Origin: Bacillota bacterium
GTDB taxonomy: Bacteria > Sysuimicrobiota > Sysuimicrobiia > Sysuimicrobiales > Segetimicrobiaceae
NCBI GenBank assembly: GCA_021324295.1
Contig: JAJPJJ010000088.1
Coordinates: 24,902-88,901 of the forward strand
Length of the DNA: 64,000 bases
Direction: 5' to 3'
Part shown: piece after piece, positions 57,836 through 64,000 of the stretch
How the letters are laid out: every line of letters starts with the position of its first letter
Position numbering within the stretch: position 1 is the stretch's first letter
The notes under the pieces: model-generated
Databases searched by the model: none
What the model was told of the DNA's origin: nothing
Seen by the model: only the letters and a program-made list of their open reading frames with translations
Made by a program: the position numbers and the translations under genes

Positions 57836-58308
57836 GCTCGTCCTCGCGCTCGGCGAGCGCGACGGCATTCCGGCAGCAACGCCGCCGCCAGCCACCGGTG
57901 CTTCTGGTTGCTGGTGCGCCACCGATCCACTTTCCCCGTCCGCATCTCGACCCCGCTGAACACCGACTCCAGCATGTTCGTCGTCGCCAGCGTCTGCCGG
58001 AGGGTCGGCCCCACCCCGAGCCGGTGCACGGTGAGCGCCTCCTCCGGCCCCTCGTCCAAACTGCGCAGTGCGGACTCGTTGAGCCGCCGGAGGTCCGCCC
58101 GGAGCTCCTCGAATGCGGCTTTCGCCTCCGCGTAGGTCGGCTGCGCGTACGCCCGCGCGAGCTTGCCGCGCCACACCGCCTGCTGGCTCTTGGGGAGGTA
58201 CGCGATGACGTTTTCGCGCTTGTGGTACTGACACCGCTGAACGGGGGTCTCCGGGCCGAAGACTTCCTCCACGCCGGCCTGCAGCCCCTCGCTCCCATCG
58301 ATGATCAC
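57835..58308 (-). mobile_element. IS256-family transposase remnant (C-terminal half only).
   Basis: The segment MIIDGSEGLQAGVEEVFGPETPVQRCQYHKRENVIAYLP...TTNMLESVFSGVEMRT matches the IS256/mutator DDE region. The N-terminal half is absent. The 3-prime extent is approximate. Confidence 0.55.
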
Positions 58309-58320
58309 CAGTAGCCCCGA

Positions 58321-59196
58321 GGTATCGTCAAGTGGTGTGGAAACGGGAAAGGCGGTCGGTTACCCTCTTGGTGAGCAAAACCAGAGACCGGGTTGAGGGC
58401 CCGGAAGGAGGGGAACCGCCGCCATGCACCAGCACACCACAGTCGCGCCCGCGTCGTCAAGCATCGTCTGGGACAATTTGGACACTTGGGTCGCCGTGGC
58501 CGGATGCAGCGATGGTCGCAAGGTCGTGGTCGCCGTGACGCCCGGGGCGCGGGAGTCAGTGGAGAGCTGGGCCGCGCTGCTCCGGGACCTGCGGGCGCGC
58601 GGGATGCCGTGTCCCCGGCTGGTGATCGGCGATGGGCACCTGGGGATCTGGGGCGCGCTGCGCCAGGTGTACCCCGAGGCGGCCGAGCAGCGCTGCTGGA
58701 ACCACCGGCTGCTCAACCTCCTGGACAAACTGCCCCGGACGCAGCACGCCGCGGCGAAGCCGCTGCTGACCGCGATCGCGTACGCGCCCACCCGCGCGGA
58801 GGCTGAGCAACGACGCGCGGCATTCGAGACGTGGTGCCGCCGGCACGGCTATGACCACGCCGCCGTGGCCGTGAGCCGGGATTGGGAGCGGTTCGTGACC
58901 TTCTATCGGTTCCCGCGGGAGCACTGGCGGCACCTGCGGACGTCGAACATCGTGGAGTCGCCGCTGGCGGCGCTGCGCCTGCGCACCGATGCGGCCAAGC
59001 GATTCAAGCGCGTCGCCAACGCCACCGCCGTGATCTGGAAGATGCTCATGGTCGCCGAGACCCGGTTCCGTCGGCTCAACGCCCCGGAGCTCGCGAAGCG
59101 CGTCTACCTGGGCATCGAGTACCAAGACGGAGTCGAGGTCACCACCAAGCAGGGGGCCGTCGCGTGAGGCCCGTTTCCACACCACTTGACGATACC
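58321..59196 (+). mobile_element. Internally deleted IS256-family element bounded by perfect 27-bp inverted repeats.
   Basis: Left IR GGTATCGTCAAGTGGTGTGGAAACGGG (58321-58347). Right IR is its exact reverse complement (59170-59196). The interior encodes only the C-terminal two thirds of a transposase (58424..59167). Confidence 0.7.
58424..59167 (+). CDS. Truncated IS256-family transposase ORF inside the element.
   Basis: The segment ...VVVAVTPGARESVESWAALLRDLRARGMPCPRLVIGDGHLGIWGALRQVYPEAAEQRCWNHRLLNL...RTSNIVES is colinear with the IS256 DDE core. It lacks the N-terminal DNA-binding third. Confidence 0.6.
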   Translation: MHQHTTVAPASSSIVWDNLDTWVAVAGCSDGRKVVVAVTPGARESVESWAALLRDLRARGMPCPRLVIGDGHLGIWGALRQVYPEAAEQRCWNHRLLNLLDKLPRTQHAAAKPLLTAIAYAPTRAEAEQRRAAFETWCRRHGYDHAAVAVSRDWERFVTFYRFPREHWRHLRTSNIVESPLAALRLRTDAAKRFKRVANATAVIWKMLMVAETRFRRLNAPELAKRVYLGIEYQDGVEVTTKQGAVA

Positions 59197-59469
59197 TCAC
59201 CCGGACGACGCAGGCTTCAAGCGCACGCCGCCGCTCTCCACAGCATCGTCCACCCGCGCGGGCCGATCTATCGAACTAGGATTCCGCCTGTGATTGCAGT
59301 CAGGCTGCGACAGGTGTTTCGTCCCCAATTTGTCACTCCCTCTGTTTTCTTCACAATATTCACAGCAGATTCATATCGCTTGTCTATGATCGCTTTGCAA
59401 CAAGGTCTTGAGGGGCATCGCGCGACCGATCAGAGAGCCGTTCGAACCGGGACAACAGAGAGGAGCGTA

Positions 59470-60408
59470 GTGTGCGCAGCCGGCGTATCAGCCGCAACGC
59501 CAGCAGCCGGACCCGCGGCAGTTCCCGCCGGCCTACCAGCCGCAGCCGCGTCAGCCACAGCTGGGATGAGCCCGCTGGGCGGACCCCGCCGGAACGCGCG
59601 CCGGAGGCGATGGGGACACGTCGTCGGGACCGCGCTCCTGCTCGCGTGGACGCTCCCGCCGTTCCTCTACCTCGTGATGCTGTCGCTCAAGCCCGAGCGG
59701 ATCCTGATCGACAGGTCCCAGGTCCTCTTCTGGCCCACCCTGGAACGGTACCGGGATTTCATCGCGAGCGGGCTGGGGCTGCCGATCTGGAACAGCCTGG
59801 TCACGTCGACGCTCGGGTCGATGGGGACGCTGGTCCTCGGCGGCCTCGCCGCCCTGACGTTCAGCTTTCTCGAGTTCAGGGGCAAGGCCCTCTTGTTCCT
59901 CGTGATCCTGCTCCCGAGGATGTTCCCACCTGTCACGACGCTGATCCCGATCCAGTTGATGCTGAAGGGGCTGGGCCTCATCGACACCAGGCTGGCCCTT
60001 ATCATCTTGTTCACGGGGTTCGAGATCCCGCTGGCGATCTGGGTTTTGCGGACGTTCCTCGACGAGATCCCGCGCGAGCTGGCGGAGAGCGCGGCGCTCG
60101 ACGGTGCGTCCTTCCCGGCGATCATCGCCAAGGTGATCCTGCCGTTGTCGGGACCGGGGCTGCTGGCCGCGTTCATCCTGAGCTTCATCTTCAACTGGAA
60201 CGAGTTCCTGTTTCCCCTCATCGTGACGAGCTTCAACGCGCGGACCGGCGCCGTGGCCATTATGAGCTTCACCGCCGGGTACAAGAAGCTGCAGTGGGGG
60301 GCCCTCGCGACCCTCGGCGTGGTGATGACGATCCCCGTGATCCTCTTCGTGCTGGCGTTCCGCGGGTCGCTGGTTCGAGGCTTTACAGCCGGCGCCCTGA
60401 AAGGGTGA
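59470..60408 (+). CDS. Orphan carbohydrate ABC permease (MalG-type), a close paralog of the 47076..47984 gene.
   Basis: GTG start after GAGAGGAG. From TLPPFLYLVMLS onward it is near-identical to the 47076 permease. No SBP or partner permease is adjacent. Confidence 0.7.
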   Translation: MCAAGVSAATPAAGPAAVPAGLPAAAASATAGMSPLGGPRRNARRRRWGHVVGTALLLAWTLPPFLYLVMLSLKPERILIDRSQVLFWPTLERYRDFIASGLGLPIWNSLVTSTLGSMGTLVLGGLAALTFSFLEFRGKALLFLVILLPRMFPPVTTLIPIQLMLKGLGLIDTRLALIILFTGFEIPLAIWVLRTFLDEIPRELAESAALDGASFPAIIAKVILPLSGPGLLAAFILSFIFNWNEFLFPLIVTSFNARTGAVAIMSFTAGYKKLQWGALATLGVVMTIPVILFVLAFRGSLVRGFTAGALKG

Positions 60409-60462
60409 GGGCGGGGGAAGCCCCCGCCCCACGCCGGCCACGCCCGGGCGCCTGGCCCGGCC

Positions 60463-61632
60463 TCAGATCTTCACCATGACTTTGCCGTCCTGCCGTTGGC
60501 TCGCGCGGACCACGGCGTCCGGCGCCGCGCTGAGGGGGAAGCGGCTCGTGATGATCGGCCGCAGGTCGACCCGCCCCGAGGCCATGAGCCGCGTGACGTG
60601 CTGGAACGTCCCGTACCCCGAGTGCCCCTGCGCCCCGAAGACCTGCCCAGCCCGTGTCTGGAAGTGCTCCAGGTACAACGGCGCCCGCTCCGCCGCGCGT
60701 CCGATGATCACGACCTTGCCCCCGATCGCCAGCGCCTGCTCCATCTCCGGCACCGTGACCGCCGGCGCGCCGGCCGCCTCCACCTGCATGTCGGCGCCCG
60801 CGCCCCCGCTCGCCTGGAGGATCACCTCGTGCGGGCTGCCCCCGGCCCGCTGGAGCGCCACAGGGTCGTGCACCTCGTCCGCGCCCACCTGCCGCGCGAG
60901 CGCCTGCCGCACCGGGCTCACCTCGAACGCGATCACCCGGCTCGCGCCTGCCGCCCGCGCCAGCGCGATCGCCGCGAACCCGATCGGCCCGGTGCCGTAC
61001 ACCGCCACGATGCCGCCCGGCGGGAACCCGCCGGCCCGTACGAACATCCCATTGTAGGCGACGCTGGTGGGTTCGCACAGCGCCCCGGCCTCGCACGCCG
61101 CTTCCGCGCTCCCATAGCGCTCGGCCAGCGCGCCGATCGGCCAGCAGTACTTGGCCCCCACCACGAGCTGTTCGGCCATCGCGCCGTTGATCGTGAACCC
61201 CAGCTCCTCGAGATTCTCACACTGGTTGGGCCAGCCGTTGCGGCACGGCAGGCAGTGGCCGCACCAGATCATCTCCTCCATCGTGACCAGATCGCCGGGC
61301 CGCAGGTCTCGGACGTCGCGGCCGACCTCGATGACCTCGCCACTGGTCTCGTGGCCGATGATCACGGGGAACCGGGTCAGCCCCGGGTAGCGGATATAGC
61401 CTGCCGCGTCGGTCTCGTAGAAGTGCACATCGCTGCCGCAGACGCCGCAGGCCCTCGGCCGCACCCTCACGTCCTGGGGCCCGAGCGGCGGCTCCGGCAC
61501 CTCGACGAGCCCGAGGTGGGGATGGCGCCAGACGCTGGAGCCGGTCACCGCCTTGCGGGTGCGCTGCTCGAACTCGGAGACCCGGTACTCCGGGCGGGGT
61601 GCCCACTCCGCGGTGAACTGCAGTCCCTTCAT
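60463..61632 (-). CDS. Zn-dependent alcohol dehydrogenase (MDR, sorbitol-DH/inosose-dehydrogenase-like).
   Basis: Start MKGLQF. Contains GVCGSDVH, GHETSGEV and CGHCLPC. Rossmann motif GTGPIG. Confidence 0.8.
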   Translation of the reverse strand: MKGLQFTAEWAPRPEYRVSEFEQRTRKAVTGSSVWRHPHLGLVEVPEPPLGPQDVRVRPRACGVCGSDVHFYETDAAGYIRYPGLTRFPVIIGHETSGEVIEVGRDVRDLRPGDLVTMEEMIWCGHCLPCRNGWPNQCENLEELGFTINGAMAEQLVVGAKYCWPIGALAERYGSAEAACEAGALCEPTSVAYNGMFVRAGGFPPGGIVAVYGTGPIGFAAIALARAAGASRVIAFEVSPVRQALARQVGADEVHDPVALQRAGGSPHEVILQASGGAGADMQVEAAGAPAVTVPEMEQALAIGGKVVIIGRAAERAPLYLEHFQTRAGQVFGAQGHSGYGTFQHVTRLMASGRVDLRPIITSRFPLSAAPDAVVRASQRQDGKVMVKI

Positions 61633-61788
61633 CTTTACACCTCTGTCCGTGCCGTGTGCGGGCGCATCCTCGTGGCGCGATCGCGGTCGTCCGCGGGTCG
61701 CCGGCGACGGCCGCAGACCGCGCTTCCTCTCGTGCCGCGGATCGGCCGCCACGGCAGGCGTACTTCATTCTGCGCCATCCCGCCGCTG

Positions 61789-61810
61789 TTTGTCAAATCG
61801 GTTTGACAAA
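61789..61810. promoter_or_regulatory. Operator copy 3, TTTGTCAAA-TCGG-TTTGACAAA, in the divergent region between the ADH gene and the TIM-barrel gene.
   Basis: Same half-sites as 41116 and 44321. Confidence 0.55.
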
Positions 61811-61909
61811 CGCCGGCGGCCGGCCATAAGATGGGTGGTGATCCGCGCGCCCCGCGTGCGTCTCCCGCACGAGCGGGACGCGTCGTGCCCTCGTGCCGGA
61901 GGGGATGCG

Positions 61910-62686
61910 ATGTACCTAGGCTGCAGCTCCGAGTCGTACAGCGACCTTCTGGACGCCGGCCGGCTGACGCTGCCCGAGTGGCTTCGGGTGTGTGCCGAGG
62001 ATCTGGGTGTCGGCGCGGTCGAGCTGGAGGACAAGCACATCGGCGAACCCACCCCGGGCCGCCTGGACGAGCTGCGCGACGCCGCGGCGCGGTACGGCCT
62101 CGAGATCGTCAACGTCGCGCTGATGAACAACTTTGGGTTAGCCGACGACGCGCGGCGTCGCGCCGAGGAAGCGCGGACGGTCGAGTGGATCGAGGCATCG
62201 CGCCGGCTCGGCTCACGGTTCCTGCGGACCTTCGCCGGATGGCCGGAAGGGGACCGCGCGGCCCGGTGGCCCGCCATGCTGGGCGCGCTGCGCGCCGTCT
62301 GCGGCCGGGCGGAGACCGCGGGCGTGCGGCTCGTGATGGAGAACCACAACCACGGCGGCTTCGTGCAGACCGCCGCCGACGTCGAGGCGATCTTCCGGGA
62401 CGTCGGCAGTCCCGCGTTGGGGCTGCTGCTCGACACCGGGAACTACCTCGATGGGGCGCCGTCGATCGCCCGGACCGCCGGGCTCGCCTGGCACGTGCAC
62501 GCCAAGTTCACGCGTGTCGGCGCCGACGGCCGCGATGCCGGCGTCGACCAGGACGCCGCGATCCGGGCCCTGCGCGACGTAGGCTACGCGGGCTGCATCT
62601 CGGTGGAATATGAAGGAGAGGAGTCCGGCCGCACCGCGGTGCCCCGGATCGTCTCCTACCTGCGCCGGGCGATCGAGCACGCGTAG
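61910..62686 (+). CDS. Sugar phosphate isomerase/epimerase (xylose-isomerase-like TIM barrel).
   Basis: Start MYLGCSS. Contains RLVMENHNHGG, LLLDTGNY and ALRDVGYAGCISVEYEGEE. Confidence 0.8.
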   Translation: MYLGCSSESYSDLLDAGRLTLPEWLRVCAEDLGVGAVELEDKHIGEPTPGRLDELRDAAARYGLEIVNVALMNNFGLADDARRRAEEARTVEWIEASRRLGSRFLRTFAGWPEGDRAARWPAMLGALRAVCGRAETAGVRLVMENHNHGGFVQTAADVEAIFRDVGSPALGLLLDTGNYLDGAPSIARTAGLAWHVHAKFTRVGADGRDAGVDQDAAIRALRDVGYAGCISVEYEGEESGRTAVPRIVSYLRRAIEHA

Positions 62687-62810
62687 GCGGACGCCCCGGC
62701 CGCGCGGGCACGAACCGGCACCGCGACGTGGGAAGACGGCTTTGTAGGCGAAGCGCCCTGGCCCGGCCGGTGGGGCCCGGGCCTGTAAGACGGGTCGCAA
62801 GGAGGCTCCG

Positions 62811-63785
62811 ATGATCCCAGCGATGCGCGCGCTCGCAGCCGTCCTCGTCGCGGCGGCCGCGGCGCCCGTGTCCGCGGCCGCGCCGGGCCCGATCGCGCTG
62901 CACGAGTATCCTGTCCCGGCGGGGTCGCATCCGCACGACGTGGCGCCGACCGGCGACGGCGCGGTCTGGTACACGGCGCAGGCGGCCGGGGAGCTGGGGC
63001 GCCTCGACCCGGCGACGGGGCACGTCCGGCGCATCGCGCTGGGACGGGGGGCTGCGCCGCACGGCGTGATCGCCGGGCCCGACGGCGCGCTGTGGGTGAC
63101 CGACGGCGGGCTCAACGCCATCGTGCGGGTCGACCCGAGGAGCGGTCAGGTGCGGCGGTTCCCGCTGCCCTCGGCGCGCGGAGGCGCGAGCCTGAACACC
63201 GCGGCCTTCGACCGTCGCGGCGTGCTCTGGTTCACCGGGCAGAGCGGTATCTACGGGCGGCTGGATCCCGCGACAGCGCGGCTGCGCGTGTTCGATGCGC
63301 CTCGCGGCCCCGGCCCGTACGGGATCACGGCGACGCCGCAGGGCGCGGTGTACTACGCGTCCCTCGCGGGTAGCTACCTGGGCCGCATCGACCCCGCGAC
63401 CGGCGCAGTCACCGTGCTCGACCCGCCGACGCCACGACAGGGTGCGCGGCGGGCCTGGTCCGATTCGCGCGGGAGGATCTGGGTGAGCGAATGGAGCGTG
63501 GGGCGGCTCGCGATGTACGACCCGCAGGCGGGACAGTGGCACGAGTGGCGCCTGCCGGGTGCGGATCCCATGCCCTACGCCGTCTTCGTCGACGACCGGG
63601 ACACGGTGTGGCTGAGCGACTGGGGTGCCAACGCCCTCGTGCGGTTTGACCCCGCCGGGGCGACCTTCACCCAAATCCCCCTCCCGCACGCAGACGCCGC
63701 GGTCCGGCAGCTCGCCGGACGACCGGGCGAGGTGTGGGGCGCGGAGTCCGGCCTGGACCGGCTGGTGGTCGTCCGGACCCGCTAG
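62811..63785 (+). CDS. Vgb-family (streptogramin-lyase-like) beta-propeller protein with a signal peptide.
   Basis: Signal MIPAMRALAAVLVAAAAAPVSAAAP. Repeated YxxxxxxxxIxRxDPxTGxV blades (GRLDPATG, VRVDPRSG, GRLDPATA, GRIDPATG). Confidence 0.7.
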   Translation: MIPAMRALAAVLVAAAAAPVSAAAPGPIALHEYPVPAGSHPHDVAPTGDGAVWYTAQAAGELGRLDPATGHVRRIALGRGAAPHGVIAGPDGALWVTDGGLNAIVRVDPRSGQVRRFPLPSARGGASLNTAAFDRRGVLWFTGQSGIYGRLDPATARLRVFDAPRGPGPYGITATPQGAVYYASLAGSYLGRIDPATGAVTVLDPPTPRQGARRAWSDSRGRIWVSEWSVGRLAMYDPQAGQWHEWRLPGADPMPYAVFVDDRDTVWLSDWGANALVRFDPAGATFTQIPLPHADAAVRQLAGRPGEVWGAESGLDRLVVVRTR

Positions 63786-64000
63786 TCGCGGTCGCCCTCC
63801 GGCGCGCCGCCCCTCCCGCCGCGCCGCTCCTCCGGGGCCGGCGCTGCGGGAGGGGACGGCTCCCTTCGAACGGAATGTCCATGATGCCGATACCCGTGCC
63901 CCTGGTGGCCCGCGCGTTCGGGTGTGCGCGCCGCCGGGTGTGAGTTCTCCGTGGGGGAGGTGGGACCGCCTCGCGCGACGGCCCCGGCGCGGCCGGCTCC

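Noticed and set aside
1-64000. CRISPR arrays, rRNA genes.
   Set aside because: No regularly spaced direct repeats of 25-40 bp and no rRNA-like conserved stretches were seen on reading through. The only structured repeats are the palindromes at 12016, the operator triplet and the IS inverted repeats.

Overview
This window is very high-GC bacterial DNA with GC3-rich codons, resembling an actinobacterial or other high-GC Gram-positive chromosome. In high-GC DNA many long six-frame ORFs are antisense or off-frame artefacts. I kept only frames that show recognisable domains, sensible start or stop coupling and sensible composition. Coordinates I derived myself may be off by 1-3 nt.

Layout from left to right:
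1. 1-2.5 kb: hypothetical membrane and secreted protein genes.
2. 2.5-5.7 kb: a convergent two-gene module, a membrane-anchored tandem AAA+ ATPase with an immediately downstream membrane NERD-domain nuclease-like protein. This is a candidate undescribed defence-type module.
3. 5.8-7.2 kb: a lytic transglycosylase and a ParE/RelE-type toxin-antitoxin pair with a terminator hairpin.
4. 7.4-12 kb: a minus-strand cluster of a sigma-70 factor with a C-terminal extension, a SpoIIIAA/R3H-like ATPase, an HTH protein and a ParB-like nuclease-domain protein. Upstream of the cluster are two tandem copies of a perfect 20-bp palindrome. A Crp/Fnr regulator follows.
5. 13.7-18.2 kb: an integrase-terminated island remnant with secreted proteins, a RuvC-like resolvase, two excisionase-type HTH genes and a tyrosine integrase. 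It abuts a truncated luciferase-like (LLM) oxidoreductase gene.
6. 19-23.5 kb: a heterodimeric ABC exporter and an O-methyltransferase.
7. 23.8-28.8 kb: a GntR-regulated sugar-acid ABC uptake and enolase-superfamily dehydratase locus.
8. 29.2-41.1 kb: a LacI-controlled, roughly 11-kb minus-strand operon. It joins cyclitol/sugar-type enzymes (DegT aminotransferase, two Gfo/Idh/MocA dehydrogenases, a Zn-ADH, a TIM-barrel isomerase) to a complete glycine-reductase-like selenoprotein set. The set comprises a GrdB-like protein with in-frame UGA and SECIS hairpin, a GrdE-like proprotein, GrdC-like, and GrdA with the CxxU motif. This is the most unusual system in the window.
9. 41.1-53.7 kb: three paralogous FAD-dependent oxidoreductases and two ABC importer loci. 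A conserved 20-bp operator, TTGTCAAA-N4-TTTGACAA, occurs three times upstream of genes in this region and at 61.8 kb.
10. 53.7-57.8 kb: a second, frameshifted copy of the Grd-like genes. It is followed by nested IS256-family remnants, one with perfect 27-bp inverted repeats, and by an orphan duplicated permease.
11. 60.4-63.8 kb: a Zn-ADH, a second TIM-barrel gene and a Vgb-family beta-propeller protein.

Several frameshifts coincide with C homopolymers, so sequencing error versus genuine pseudogenisation must be resolved with reads.
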